Positions 1-9,454 of a DNA stretch of 64,000 bases are shown one piece after another (within the stretch, counting starts at the first letter, position 1; the number at the start of each line of letters is the position of its first letter). The stretch covers positions 64,001-128,000 of the forward strand of contig JANOQV010000184.1 of the NCBI GenBank assembly GCA_031414955.1. The letters are read 5' to 3'. A program made the translations under genes and the position numbers. The notes below the pieces were generated by a model. The model searched no databases, was not told where the DNA came from, and was given only the letters and a program-made list of their open reading frames with translations. The DNA is from Pedosphaera sp. (GTDB taxonomy: Bacteria > Verrucomicrobiota > Verrucomicrobiia > Limisphaerales > SIBH01).

Positions 1-1
1 C

Positions 2-298
2 TTCTGCTCCGGGCAGATTCCGCTCGATCCGGCCACCGGCCAGTTGATCACGGGTGACATCAAGGCCCAGACGGAACGCGTGCTGGAGAACGTGAAGTCG
101 CTGCTCGCGGATCAGAATCTCACTTTCACCAACGTGGTGAAGGCCACCGTGTTCATGACCAACCTCGGTGACTTCGCGGCCATGAACGAAGTTTACGCGC
201 GCTACTTCACCGGTGATTTTCCGGCGCGCTCCACCGTGCAGGTCACGGCGCTGCCACGCGCGGCGAGTGTGGAGATTGAAGTGGTGGCCCACTATTGA
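2..298 (+). CDS. ridA: RidA/YjgF/YER057c/UK114 family protein (5' truncated by window edge)
   Basis: Frame open from base 2: FCSGQIPLDP...VVKATVF...MNEVYARYF..FPARSTVQV.ALP..ASVEIEVVA, typical RidA motifs. Confidence 0.9.
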   Translation, partial: FCSGQIPLDPATGQLITGDIKAQTERVLENVKSLLADQNLTFTNVVKATVFMTNLGDFAAMNEVYARYFTGDFPARSTVQVTALPRAASVEIEVVAHY

Positions 299-410
299 AC
301 GTGCCCCCGGCGTCCCGCCGGGTCGGCGCTCGAACCACGCCGAGGCGCGGCGAATTGTTGCCCGATTTTGTTTATTCAGTCCCGACCCGGCGGGACGCCG
401 GGGGCACGTT
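298..410. repeat. Perfect 29-bp inverted repeat (REP-like hairpin) between convergent genes
   Basis: AACGTGCCCCCGGCGTCCCGCCGGGTCGG (298-326) and its exact reverse complement (382-410); the right arm lies inside the fcl 3' end. Confidence 0.85.
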
Positions 411-1340
411 GAACCGCTGCTTGAAATCCTCGTAGGCCAGGGCGATGCCCTGTTCCAGATTCACCTGCGGCTTCCAGCCCAAGGCCAGCAGACGCGAGGA
501 ATCCATCAGCTTGCGCGGTGTGCCGTCTGGTTTTGACTTGTCCCAGGTGATTTCCCCGATGAACCCGACGATGCGTTTCACCGTCTCGGCCAGTTCACGA
601 ATCGTCACATCGCTGCCGTAGCCCACGTTGATGAACTGCTCCTCGCTGTAATTCTGCATCAGGAACAAGCAGGCGCGGCCGAGGTCGTCGGCATAGAGGA
701 ATTCCCGCAACGGCGTGCCGGTGCCCCAGCACACCACTTCCTTCGCTCCGCCCGACTTGGCCTCGTGGAACTTGCGGATGAGCGCGGGCAGCACATGCGA
801 GTTCTGCAAATCATAGTTGTCGTTCGCGCCGTACATGTTCGTGGGCATAGCGCTGATGAAGTCGCAGCCGTGCTGGCGACGATAGGCGGCGCACATTTTC
901 ACGCCGGCGATCTTGGCGATGGCGTACCACTCGTTGGTGGGTTCGAGCGGGCCGGTCAGGAGCGAGTCTTCCTGGAGCGGCTGCGGCGCGTGCTTGGGGT
1001 AAATGCAGGAACTGCCGAGGAAGAGCAGCTTCTTCACTCCCGCGACCTGCGCGCCGTGGATGAGGTTGTTTTGGATCTGAAGGTTCTCGTAGAGGAACTG
1101 CGCCGGATGAGTGCTGTTGGCGAGAATGCCGCCGACCTTGGCCGCCGCGACGAAAACAAACTCCGGTTTCTCCTGGGCGTAGAATTCCCGCACCGCCGCC
1201 GCATCCAGCAGATCCAGCTCGGCATGGGTGCGCCCGAACCACTGGGCGAATCCCTGCCGCTGTAATTCCCGTGTGATCGCGCTGCCCACGAGGCCGCGGT
1301 GTCCGGCCACGTAAATGCGCGAGCTTTTCTCCATCGTCAT
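372..1340 (-). CDS. fcl: GDP-L-fucose synthase (extended SDR)
   Basis: [33 protein letters not shown] catalytic motif, [19 protein letters not shown]. Confidence 0.97.
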   Translation of the reverse strand: MTMEKSSRIYVAGHRGLVGSAITRELQRQGFAQWFGRTHAELDLLDAAAVREFYAQEKPEFVFVAAAKVGGILANSTHPAQFLYENLQIQNNLIHGAQVAGVKKLLFLGSSCIYPKHAPQPLQEDSLLTGPLEPTNEWYAIAKIAGVKMCAAYRRQHGCDFISAMPTNMYGANDNYDLQNSHVLPALIRKFHEAKSGGAKEVVCWGTGTPLREFLYADDLGRACLFLMQNYSEEQFINVGYGSDVTIRELAETVKRIVGFIGEITWDKSKPDGTPRKLMDSSRLLALGWKPQVNLEQGIALAYEDFKQRFNVPPASRRVGTE

Positions 1341-1503
1341 GGGCGGTGACTAGCATTGAACCCGCGCGCCTGCCAACCTCAAAGCCGGAGCGGCGGCCTG
1401 GATCGGGTGGAGGCTGGAAGCTCGCCGCGGAAAAACTTCGTCCCGAGCCACGGAAAACATTGCAACCCCTCACGCGTTCACGGAGAAGTAGCGCCCATTT
1501 TTT

Positions 1504-2172
1504 ATGGCCAAAGCAAAAAACGAAGCCCAGTTGTTGAACCTGTTGAAATCCATCCTCCCCAAGGCGGTGCCGGATGCGAAGCTCGCCCAGCAAATTTACG
1601 CCGCGTTGGAGAAGGAGATTGCCTCCACCGAGCGCACCGCGCATTTCGAGAAATTCTGCAAGAAGGTCGAGCTGCCCGATCTGCAAAAGGACAGCCTCGA
1701 AGCAGTGAAGGAGCAATTCGAGACCTCCTTCGGCAAGGGTATGGTTTCCCTCGTGCCGCACTCGGGCAAGAAAGCCGCCACGGTCGAAGTCATCACGCCC
1801 AAGGGCACCTTTGAAGGCACCATCCAGGTCGGCCCCAAAGCGCCGGAGGAAGGCGAGGACGGCGAGGTAAAGCCCAAGTTCGTGCCCTTTCCCGTCAGCC
1901 TGCCCGCCGATCCTGAACTGGTGTGGCTGCTGGCCCGCGACGAGCGCCTGACGCCCGATGACGCCACGGTCGCGCTGACCAAGGTGCAAGACAGCTTCTG
2001 GGAATCGAAAGCCGGCCAGCAGCATTTGCAAAAGCGCACCGAGCGCACCTTCCCCGAATTCATCGCCAAAGTTCCGGGCAAAGTTCTCACCGAGGCTGGC
2101 CTCAAGCGCCACTACAAGGAGCCGGAGCCGGTCAAGCAGATCAAAGTGCTCAAGGCCCGCAAGCACGAGTAA
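1504..2172 (+). CDS. Hypothetical protein (222 aa, K/E-rich, soluble)
   Basis: ATG-started ORF with genome-like codon usage and natural composition filling the gap; no family recognised. Confidence 0.75.
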   Translation: MAKAKNEAQLLNLLKSILPKAVPDAKLAQQIYAALEKEIASTERTAHFEKFCKKVELPDLQKDSLEAVKEQFETSFGKGMVSLVPHSGKKAATVEVITPKGTFEGTIQVGPKAPEEGEDGEVKPKFVPFPVSLPADPELVWLLARDERLTPDDATVALTKVQDSFWESKAGQQHLQKRTERTFPEFIAKVPGKVLTEAGLKRHYKEPEPVKQIKVLKARKHE

Positions 2173-2250
2173 TCCCGGCTCCCTCTCCAGAGGAGTTGGC
2201 GAGTGATGGCTGACTGCGGGACTTGGTTGAGTTTGGGCTGATCCAACTTA

Positions 2251-2426
2251 GAGCCGGTCTGAAAATTCGGAGGCGGAGTGCGCCCGTCTCGGGTGCCGCA
2301 ACGTGATGACTTGGAGCGCGTCGGAAAAACCCATACCCGCTGGTGTTTGCACGTTGCTGCGCCCGAGGACGGGCGCACTCCGGGGCGGGCCGCTTGCGCT
2401 GCCCCAGTGACTTTTCAGACCGGCTC
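2251..2426. mobile_element. MITE-like element, copy 1 (intact)
   Basis: 15-bp perfect TIRs GAGCCGGTCTGAAAA (2251-2265) / TTTTCAGACCGGCTC (2412-2426), TTA on both sides (2248-2250, 2427-2429), internal REP-like hairpin GGAGTGCGCCCGT...ACGGGCGCACTCC; related copies at about 30064 and 40421. Confidence 0.8.
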
Positions 2427-2705
2427 TTAGCAACGATGGCCCTTCTGCTCACGCTGCGGGTGGAATTTGTCCGGCTGCGACCAGATCAGCGGCACAACCA
2501 AAGGACGAACGGCTTCACGAAATTCGTGTGCCACTTGCATCGAAGCCACTCGCTCTTACTGGGGTGGTTTGCTCCTGTTCATTTTCGCGCGGACGAGGTG
2601 TCTGTGCTCCGAGGACAGAGCCGCGCAATCACCGCTTGCATCAAGCGGACGATTCGACATGCTCCGCGCATCCCGAATTCACTGTGACAAGCACGGAGCA
2701 TCTGC

Positions 2706-4481
2706 ATGAAAAAACGATCCACATTCACGACCTCAATGATTGCGTTACTGGTGGCGGGCTTCCTCCAGTTCTCGGAGCCGGCGGCTCCGGCGGCCAGCGG
2801 CACCAACAGTCCGCCCCGTCTCTCCACCAGCGACGCCATCGCTCGCATCCGGGACGAAGGGCTGAATCGCTCGCAGGTGATGAAGACGTTGAGTTATCTC
2901 ACGGATGTGATCGGGCCTCGGCTCACCGGCTCGCCAAACTTGCGCCGGGCCAATGAATGGACGCGCGACTCGATGTCTTCGTGGGGGCTGACCAACGCAC
3001 ACCTGGAAGCCTGGGGACCGTTCGGCCGTGGCTGGTCGTTGAAAAGTTTCTCCGCGCAGATCGTCGAGCCGCAGGCCATCCCACTCATCGCTTCGCCCAA
3101 GGCGTGGACCCCCGGTTTCGACCAACCGATCACCGCCGACGTCATTCACCTCGACGGCAAAACAGAAGCCGACCTGGAAAAATACCAGGGCCGGCTCAAG
3201 GGGAAAATAGTGCTGGGCAGTTCGCTGCGGGAAGTGCGGGCCCGCTTCGAACCGATGGCCACGAGGATCGCTGAATCAAATTTGTTACGCATGGCCAACG
3301 CCGGCCCGGGCGGCGGGCGCGAGTTTTTCCCCGGACGGGTGGCTCCGACGAATACGTTGACCGCAACGAATGCCGGCCGCTCGACGGTCACCAATGCCGC
3401 GCGTTCCCCGGCCCTGACCTCGGCCCGGGTGCTGTCCTTCGCGGCCAAAGAGGGTGCGGCGTTGGTGGTGACGGTCAGTTCGGAAGGCGACGGCGGCACT
3501 TTGTTCGTGGCGCAAGCCTCCGTGCCAGGCGCTCCGCCGCGCGGCACCAACACCACTGACCCTGGGTCGCGACCCACCGGCTCCGCGTGGGCCACCAACG
3601 CCATCCTGCCGCCGCAGATCACCGTGGCCATGGAAGATTACAACCGTCTCGGGCGCATGATCCAGCAGGGCGAAAAGCTGAAGATGACCGTGGACCTCCG
3701 CGTGCAGTTCCATGACACCGACTTGATGGCCTATAACACCATCGCCGAAATCCCCGGCAGCGACTTGAAGGACGAAGTGGTGATGATCGGCGCGCATCTG
3801 GATTCGTGGCATTCCGGGACGGGGGCCACGGACAACGGCGCGGGCGTGGCCGCGACCATGGAGGCCATGCGCATCATCAAGGCGGCGAAATTACAACCGC
3901 GCCGGACTCTCCGCATCGGACTGTGGTCGGGCGAAGAGCAAGGACTGCTCGGATCGAAGGCCTACGTGACGAAGCATTTCGGTTACTACACGAACCTGAC
4001 CAACGCCACCGCCACCCGTTCACCGCGTGCGGAGAGCAACACGCCGCGCCAGACCCGGGCGGCGACTGGCAATAATTCCACGCGCAAGCTGATCCGCCAT
4101 GGGGATTACGAGCAACTCTCCGCCTACTTCAATCTCGACAATGGCACGGGGAAAATTCGCGGGGTTTACATGCAGGGCAACGAGGCGGTGCGCCCGCTCT
4201 TCCGCAAGTGGCTCCAACCCTTCTCCGACCTCGGCGCGGAGACGCTGACGCTCGGCAACACCGGCGGCACGGATCATCTGGCCTTTGATGGAGTCGGTCT
4301 GCCTGGGTTCCAGTTCATCCAGGACCCGCTCGATTACTGGACCCGCACGCACCACTCGAACGCCGACGTGTTCGACCGCATCCAGGCCGACGACATGAAG
4401 CAGGCTTCGACCGTGATGGCGGCGTTCCTCTATAACGCGGCGATGCTGGACGAGAAGGTGCCGCGCAAGCCGGTGGAGTGA
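2706..4481 (+). CDS. Secreted M28 family metallopeptidase (carboxypeptidase Q-like)
   Basis: Signal peptide; IGPRLTGS, GAHLDSW, GATDNGAG, WSGEEQGLLGS, NLDNG, GGTDH, THHSNAD zinc-ligand motifs. Confidence 0.92.
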   Translation: MKKRSTFTTSMIALLVAGFLQFSEPAAPAASGTNSPPRLSTSDAIARIRDEGLNRSQVMKTLSYLTDVIGPRLTGSPNLRRANEWTRDSMSSWGLTNAHLEAWGPFGRGWSLKSFSAQIVEPQAIPLIASPKAWTPGFDQPITADVIHLDGKTEADLEKYQGRLKGKIVLGSSLREVRARFEPMATRIAESNLLRMANAGPGGGREFFPGRVAPTNTLTATNAGRSTVTNAARSPALTSARVLSFAAKEGAALVVTVSSEGDGGTLFVAQASVPGAPPRGTNTTDPGSRPTGSAWATNAILPPQITVAMEDYNRLGRMIQQGEKLKMTVDLRVQFHDTDLMAYNTIAEIPGSDLKDEVVMIGAHLDSWHSGTGATDNGAGVAATMEAMRIIKAAKLQPRRTLRIGLWSGEEQGLLGSKAYVTKHFGYYTNLTNATATRSPRAESNTPRQTRAATGNNSTRKLIRHGDYEQLSAYFNLDNGTGKIRGVYMQGNEAVRPLFRKWLQPFSDLGAETLTLGNTGGTDHLAFDGVGLPGFQFIQDPLDYWTRTHHSNADVFDRIQADDMKQASTVMAAFLYNAAMLDEKVPRKPVE

Positions 4482-4497
4482 ATGGGGTAGCCGCGAA

Positions 4498-6771
4498 ATG
4501 AAATCCACGATTCCAAACACGCGCGCTTCGATTCGCGATAAGACGCACCATCAGAATGATCTGCTGGTGCCGAACCAACGGGCGCTGGTAGGGCGCGGTG
4601 TCCTCACCGCGCCGCGCCACGAATGCCGGAAGCCTCACCCACTTTTTTCGCTTCATCCCGGCGCGCTGAGGACAGAGACGCCCTACCGGTGCGCTGCGTT
4701 CGTCGCCGTGTGTTTCGTCCTGCTCGCGTCCCTTGCCATCACCGCCTCCGCTCAGGACCGGCTCAAGACCATGCCCGGCTACGAGCGCTTCCAGCGCGTC
4801 AACCGCGCGGCGACCAATGTCTTCAAGTCCGGCGCGCTGTCCGTAACGTGGACGAACGGAGGCCAGGCCTTCGATTACCAGAAGGATGGACGGCGCTATC
4901 GCTACGACATCGAGGCGCGGGCCGCGACCGAACTGCCGCCGCCGGGAACCAATGCATCGCCTTCCCGACGCGGAGCGCGCAACCAACCCGCGATTCCGCG
5001 ACCGGCGCGCGGGAGGCAATACACTTCGGCCCATTCGCCTGACGGCCAGTTCACGGCCGTGTACCGTGACCACAACGTCTGGCTGCGCTCGACCAACAAC
5101 ACCAACGAGATCGCGGTCACGACCGAGGGCAGTACGAAGTCCGCCGTGAAATTCGGCAGCGCGTCCTGGGTTTACGGCGAGGAGCTTTTCCAGAGCACGG
5201 CCATGTGGTGGTCGTCGAACAGCGCGAAGCTGGCCTTCTATCGTTTTGATGAAAGCCAGGTGCCGAAGTTCCACCTGCAGTTGAACCAGACCAAGATCGT
5301 CAGCACCTCCGACATTGAGCCGTATGCCAAAGCGGGCGCGACCAATCCGGTCGTTGATTTGTTCATCTACGATCTCGCCTCCAAGCAGACCATCCGCGTG
5401 GACGCGCGCGACGGGAAGCCCTTCGACAACGCGACCGTCGGTCATTACCTCTACGGCGTGTCCTGGACGCGCGACGGACGGGAACTGCTCTTTCATCGCA
5501 CCAACCGGCGGCAGAACATCATGGAGCTTTGCGCCGCAGACGCGACCACGGGCAAGGTCCGTGTCATCGTGCGGGAGGAATGGCCGGCGAGTTGGACGGA
5601 GAATTCGCCGCCGATGCAATGGCTCGCCGACGGCCAGCGTTTCCTCTGGATCTCGGATCGCAACGGCTGGAAAAACATTTACCTGCACCATCTGGACGGG
5701 CGGCCACCGGTCCCGCTTACGAGCCACAACCGCTGCGAGGCCGGCAGTGTGGCGCGCGTGATCGAGGAGGCCGGCGTGCTCTACTACACGGCGCGCGATG
5801 GGGACAACCCGCTGAAGCTTCAACTGCATCGCGTTGGCCTGGACGGCCAGAACGATCAGCGCCTCACCGATCCGGCCTGGCATCACACGGTGGAGGTCGC
5901 GCCGGACGGACGCCACTTCATCGACGTGGCGCAGACGCACGACTCGGCTCCGACCACGCACCTGCGAAAGAATGACGGGACGTTGGTCGCGGAACTGGCG
6001 AAGAGTGACTTGAGCGGTTTCCGCCGACTGAACTTCAAACCAGTCGAACTGCTCAAGTTCAAGGCGGCCGACGGCGCGACGGACCTCTACGGGATGCTCC
6101 ACTTCCCGTCGGACTTCCGCCCGGACGTGAAGCACCCGCTGCTGGTCAGCGTGTATGGCGGGCCGGAAACGGTCGGAGCTTACGAAACTTTCACGCTGCC
6201 CAACCGGCTGACCGAGTTCGGCTTCCTCTACGCGACGTTCGACTCGCGCAGCGCGAACGGGCGCGGGAAAAAGTTTCTCGACGCGATTTATCAAAAGCTC
6301 GGCCAGCCCGAGATCGACGATCAGGCGGCGGGCGTGAAGTCGCTCTGGAACCGTCGCTACGTGGACCGCAAGCGCGTGGGCATCTTCGGCACTTCGTACG
6401 GCGGCACGGCCTCGGCCCTGTGCCTGCTGCGCTATCCGGAAGTGTTTCAAGCGGCGGCGTCCTCGGCGGCGGTGACAGACTTCCGGAACTACGACACGAT
6501 TTACACCGAGCGTTTCATGGGATTGCCGCAGGAGAACAAGGCCGGTTACGACGCCGCCAGTTTGATGACGCACGCGGCCAGCCTGAAAGGCCGGCTGATG
6601 ATTTATTACGGGACAGCGGACGACAACGTGCATCCAAACAACGCCATGCAACTCATCCAGGCCTTGCAAAAGGCGGGCAAGAGTTTTGAAGTCCAGGTCG
6701 GCCCCGACCAGGGCCACTCCTCGATGAACCGCGACCGCATGATGGAATTCTTCATCGAGAACCTCAGGTAA
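4498..6771 (+). CDS. S9B dipeptidyl-peptidase IV family serine peptidase
   Basis: DPPIV N-terminal WVYGEE motif, VYGGP, nucleophile GTSYGG, GTADDNVH, C-terminal His (DQGHS); start position uncertain because of a repeat in the leader. Confidence 0.92.
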   Translation: MKSTIPNTRASIRDKTHHQNDLLVPNQRALVGRGVLTAPRHECRKPHPLFSLHPGALRTETPYRCAAFVAVCFVLLASLAITASAQDRLKTMPGYERFQRVNRAATNVFKSGALSVTWTNGGQAFDYQKDGRRYRYDIEARAATELPPPGTNASPSRRGARNQPAIPRPARGRQYTSAHSPDGQFTAVYRDHNVWLRSTNNTNEIAVTTEGSTKSAVKFGSASWVYGEELFQSTAMWWSSNSAKLAFYRFDESQVPKFHLQLNQTKIVSTSDIEPYAKAGATNPVVDLFIYDLASKQTIRVDARDGKPFDNATVGHYLYGVSWTRDGRELLFHRTNRRQNIMELCAADATTGKVRVIVREEWPASWTENSPPMQWLADGQRFLWISDRNGWKNIYLHHLDGRPPVPLTSHNRCEAGSVARVIEEAGVLYYTARDGDNPLKLQLHRVGLDGQNDQRLTDPAWHHTVEVAPDGRHFIDVAQTHDSAPTTHLRKNDGTLVAELAKSDLSGFRRLNFKPVELLKFKAADGATDLYGMLHFPSDFRPDVKHPLLVSVYGGPETVGAYETFTLPNRLTEFGFLYATFDSRSANGRGKKFLDAIYQKLGQPEIDDQAAGVKSLWNRRYVDRKRVGIFGTSYGGTASALCLLRYPEVFQAAASSAAVTDFRNYDTIYTERFMGLPQENKAGYDAASLMTHAASLKGRLMIYYGTADDNVHPNNAMQLIQALQKAGKSFEVQVGPDQGHSSMNRDRMMEFFIENLR
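4587..4687. repeat. GTAG-type REP-like hairpin inside 5' part of the S9 peptidase ORF
   Basis: GGTAGGGCGCGGTGTCCTCACCGCGCCG (4587-4614) pairs imperfectly with CGGCGCGCTGAGGACAGAGACGCCCTACC (4659-4687). Confidence 0.7.
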
Positions 6772-6772
6772 C

Positions 6773-7630
6773 GTGACCGTTCTCGAAATCATCCAACGCA
6801 CGACTCCGTTCTTGGAGCAGAAAGGGGTCGAGTCGCCGCGCCTGCAAATCGAATTGATGCTGGCGCAGGTGCTCCAGATGCCGCGCCTGAAGCTGTATCT
6901 GAATTTTGACCGTGTGCTGGCCGATCCGGAACTGGTGGTTCTGCGCGCAATGGTGAAGCGCCGTGCAACTCGTGAGCCACTGCAACATATCCTCGGCTCC
7001 ACCTCGTTCTGCGGGCTGGAGATCAAAACCTCGCGCGCCGCGCTGGTGCCGCGTCCTGAGACAGAGCTGCTCGCGGAGCGCGCCTGGCAGCTCCTCTCCA
7101 CCCGTAACTCTCCACCCGCAACCGCCCTGGACTTCGGCACGGGGACCGGCTGCATCGCCATCGCCATCGCGAAGCATGCGCCGCACGCGGAGGTTCACGC
7201 CCTGGATGTTTCAGTCGAGGCCCTGGCGCTGGCGAAGGCGAACGCCGCCGACCATGGCCTGGCGGAGCGAATTACTTTTCACCATGGAGACGGTTTCGCG
7301 GCCATTCCAGCGGGGATGAGCTTCGATCTGCTGGTCAGCAATCCGCCCTACATCGCCTCGGCGGAGATCGCGACGCTGGAACCGGAAGTGCGGGACTTTG
7401 ACCCGCGCGGCGCGCTGGACGGCGGCGGGGACGGCCTGGAGTTCTATCGGCTGCTGGCGCGAGGGGCGGGGCGGTTTCTCAAACCGCACGGGCGGTTGAT
7501 GGTGGAATTCGGGGACGGCCAGGCGGGCGACCTGGAAAAAATATTTTCCGACGAGAAGTGGATTGTGGAGGAGATCGTCGCTGACTACAGTGCGCGGCCG
7601 AGAATTTTAATCGCGCGGTCCGGCGGGTGA
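6773..7630 (+). CDS. prmC: Release factor glutamine methyltransferase (HemK/PrmC)
   Basis: EPLQHILG, LVPRPETE, DFGTGTGCIA, SNPPY, ALDGGGDGL; GTG start. Confidence 0.96.
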   Translation: MTVLEIIQRTTPFLEQKGVESPRLQIELMLAQVLQMPRLKLYLNFDRVLADPELVVLRAMVKRRATREPLQHILGSTSFCGLEIKTSRAALVPRPETELLAERAWQLLSTRNSPPATALDFGTGTGCIAIAIAKHAPHAEVHALDVSVEALALAKANAADHGLAERITFHHGDGFAAIPAGMSFDLLVSNPPYIASAEIATLEPEVRDFDPRGALDGGGDGLEFYRLLARGAGRFLKPHGRLMVEFGDGQAGDLEKIFSDEKWIVEEIVADYSARPRILIARSGG

Positions 7631-7665
7631 ATCGTTAAAACAACCGCGCACTCGACAGTAGCTCC

Positions 7666-8928
7666 ATGGAAAGTTTGCTCATCAAAGGCGGCGTGCCGTT
7701 GCACGGCGAAGTTCAGATCAGCGGCGCAAAGAACGCCGTGCTGCCCATCCTCGCGGCCACGCTGCTCACCCCGGACAAGTGCGTCATCCACCGCGTGCCT
7801 GACCTGAGCGATGTGGGCTTCATGGGCAAGATTCTCGCCTCGCTCGGGGCCACGGTGAAGATTGACGGCAACACGGTGACGGTGCAGGCGGCGAAGCTCA
7901 AGCCGCACGGGGACTACGATCTGATTCGCAAGATGCGCGGCTCGATTTGCATCCTCGGGCCGCTGCTGGGGCGCTTGCGCAAGGCTCAGGTTTCACTGCC
8001 CGGCGGTTGCGTCATTGGCACGCGCCCGATTGATTTGCACCTGAAGGGCATGCGCGACTTGGGCACTAAAATCACCATCGACAAGGGCTACGTCATCGCG
8101 CAAGCGCCTCGAATGCTTGGCACCGAGATTTTCCTCGGAGGTCGGTCTGGCCCGACAGTGCTGGGCACGGCCAACGTGATGATGGCCGCCTCGCTGGCCG
8201 AGGGCGTGACCATCATCGAGAGCGCCGCGTGCGAGCCGGAGGTGACGGACTTGGCCAATTTCCTGAATGCGATGGGCGCGAAGATTACCGGCGCAGGCAG
8301 CCCGACCATCACCATCACGGGCGTGAAGGAGTTGCACGGCGCGGAGCATGAGGTGATTCCTGACCGCATCGAGGCGACCACCTTCGCTATCGCGGCCGCG
8401 GCCACGAACGGCGAGATCCGCATCAAGGGCGCGCGGATAGACCACCTGCACGCCGTGCTCGACAAACTGCGCGAGGCGGGCGTGAAAATCGAACGCGCCG
8501 GCCCTGATCTGGTTGTGAAGCGCGGCTCGAAGCTCAAGCCGGTGGACATCACCACGCTGCCCTACTCCGGCTTCCCGACGGATTGCCAGGCGCAAATCAT
8601 GGCGCTCATGGCGCTGACCCCGGGCATCAGCATCATCACCGAGCGCATCTTCGAATCGCGCTTCATGCATGTGCCGGAGCTGGCGCGGCTGGGGGCGGAC
8701 ATCTCCATCGAGGGACCGAGCGCCATCGTGAAGGGCGGACGCCCCTTGAGTGGTGCACCGGTGATGGCGAGCGATTTGCGCGCCTCGGCGGCGCTGCTGA
8801 TCGCCGGCATGGCGGCCAAGGGCACGACGCAGGTGAACCGCATTTACCACCTGGATCGGGGCTACGAAAAGATCGACACCAAGCTGAAGAAGCTCGGCGC
8901 GCGCATCGAACGAGTGGAGGGCGAGTGA
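7666..8928 (+). CDS. murA: UDP-N-acetylglucosamine 1-carboxyvinyltransferase
   Basis: [51 protein letters not shown]. Confidence 0.98.
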   Translation: MESLLIKGGVPLHGEVQISGAKNAVLPILAATLLTPDKCVIHRVPDLSDVGFMGKILASLGATVKIDGNTVTVQAAKLKPHGDYDLIRKMRGSICILGPLLGRLRKAQVSLPGGCVIGTRPIDLHLKGMRDLGTKITIDKGYVIAQAPRMLGTEIFLGGRSGPTVLGTANVMMAASLAEGVTIIESAACEPEVTDLANFLNAMGAKITGAGSPTITITGVKELHGAEHEVIPDRIEATTFAIAAAATNGEIRIKGARIDHLHAVLDKLREAGVKIERAGPDLVVKRGSKLKPVDITTLPYSGFPTDCQAQIMALMALTPGISIITERIFESRFMHVPELARLGADISIEGPSAIVKGGRPLSGAPVMASDLRASAALLIAGMAAKGTTQVNRIYHLDRGYEKIDTKLKKLGARIERVEGE

Positions 8929-8981
8929 TGGGCAAATCCACCTTTACAACCAAAACCGCCCTGTGCAACGCTCCGGCCCTT

Positions 8982-9365
8982 ATGCGGAATTTCGTTTGGA
9001 TTATTGCGGTTTGCGGCCTTGTTTTGGGCGGTTGCGCGAGTTCGCGCGTCACCAACCTGACCACCACGCGCCAGTTGCGCAATGCCTCGGGCGTGTACCC
9101 CATCGAGTTCGCCTGGGACACCAGCGACCAGACGGTCATCGACGGCTCGCTCAAGCCGGTGGCGATTGTGAACGGACGCGACTTCTACTCGATGCGGCCG
9201 TCGCTCGGGATCAGCAATCGCTGGGAGACGGTGGTTCCGGTCCCGGCCACCGAGGATCACATTCTTTTTCGCTTCAAAGTGGATTACCTCTACCGGGCCT
9301 TCGGTCCGGCGCAGAAGAGCAGCAAGCTCTCGCAGGATTATCGCCTGAGCATCAGCGACAAGTAA
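8982..9365 (+). CDS. Putative lipoprotein
   Basis: MRNFVWIIAVCGLVLGGC lipobox-like signal; alternative ATG at 8928 overlaps the murA stop. Confidence 0.7.
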   Translation: MRNFVWIIAVCGLVLGGCASSRVTNLTTTRQLRNASGVYPIEFAWDTSDQTVIDGSLKPVAIVNGRDFYSMRPSLGISNRWETVVPVPATEDHILFRFKVDYLYRAFGPAQKSSKLSQDYRLSISDK

Positions 9366-9405
9366 TCTTGCTCGGCGGCACGGTCGGGAGCATGGACCTC
9401 CCAGC

Positions 9406-9435
9406 AAAAAAAGCAGGCTTTCGCCTGCTTTTTTT
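9406..9435. terminator. Bidirectional rho-independent terminator
   Basis: A7-GCAGGC-TTTC-GCCTGC-T7 between convergent lipoprotein gene and clpC. Confidence 0.9.
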
Positions 9436-9454
9436 ATTTCAGCCGTTGTTGGCC

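Noticed and set aside
372..1340. Functional link between fcl (GDP-fucose synthesis) and the fucose BMC
   Set aside because: More than 40 kb apart, anabolic versus catabolic, no shared context
4315..7167. 950-aa minus-strand ORF and many other long antisense ORFs (e.g. 19384-21408, 8963-10717, 14152-15864, 50676-52361)
   Set aside because: Shadows of well-supported opposite-strand genes; expected in GC-rich DNA; no motifs
7666..8928. Fosfomycin-resistant MurA variant
   Set aside because: Active-site Cys retained (PGGCVIG)
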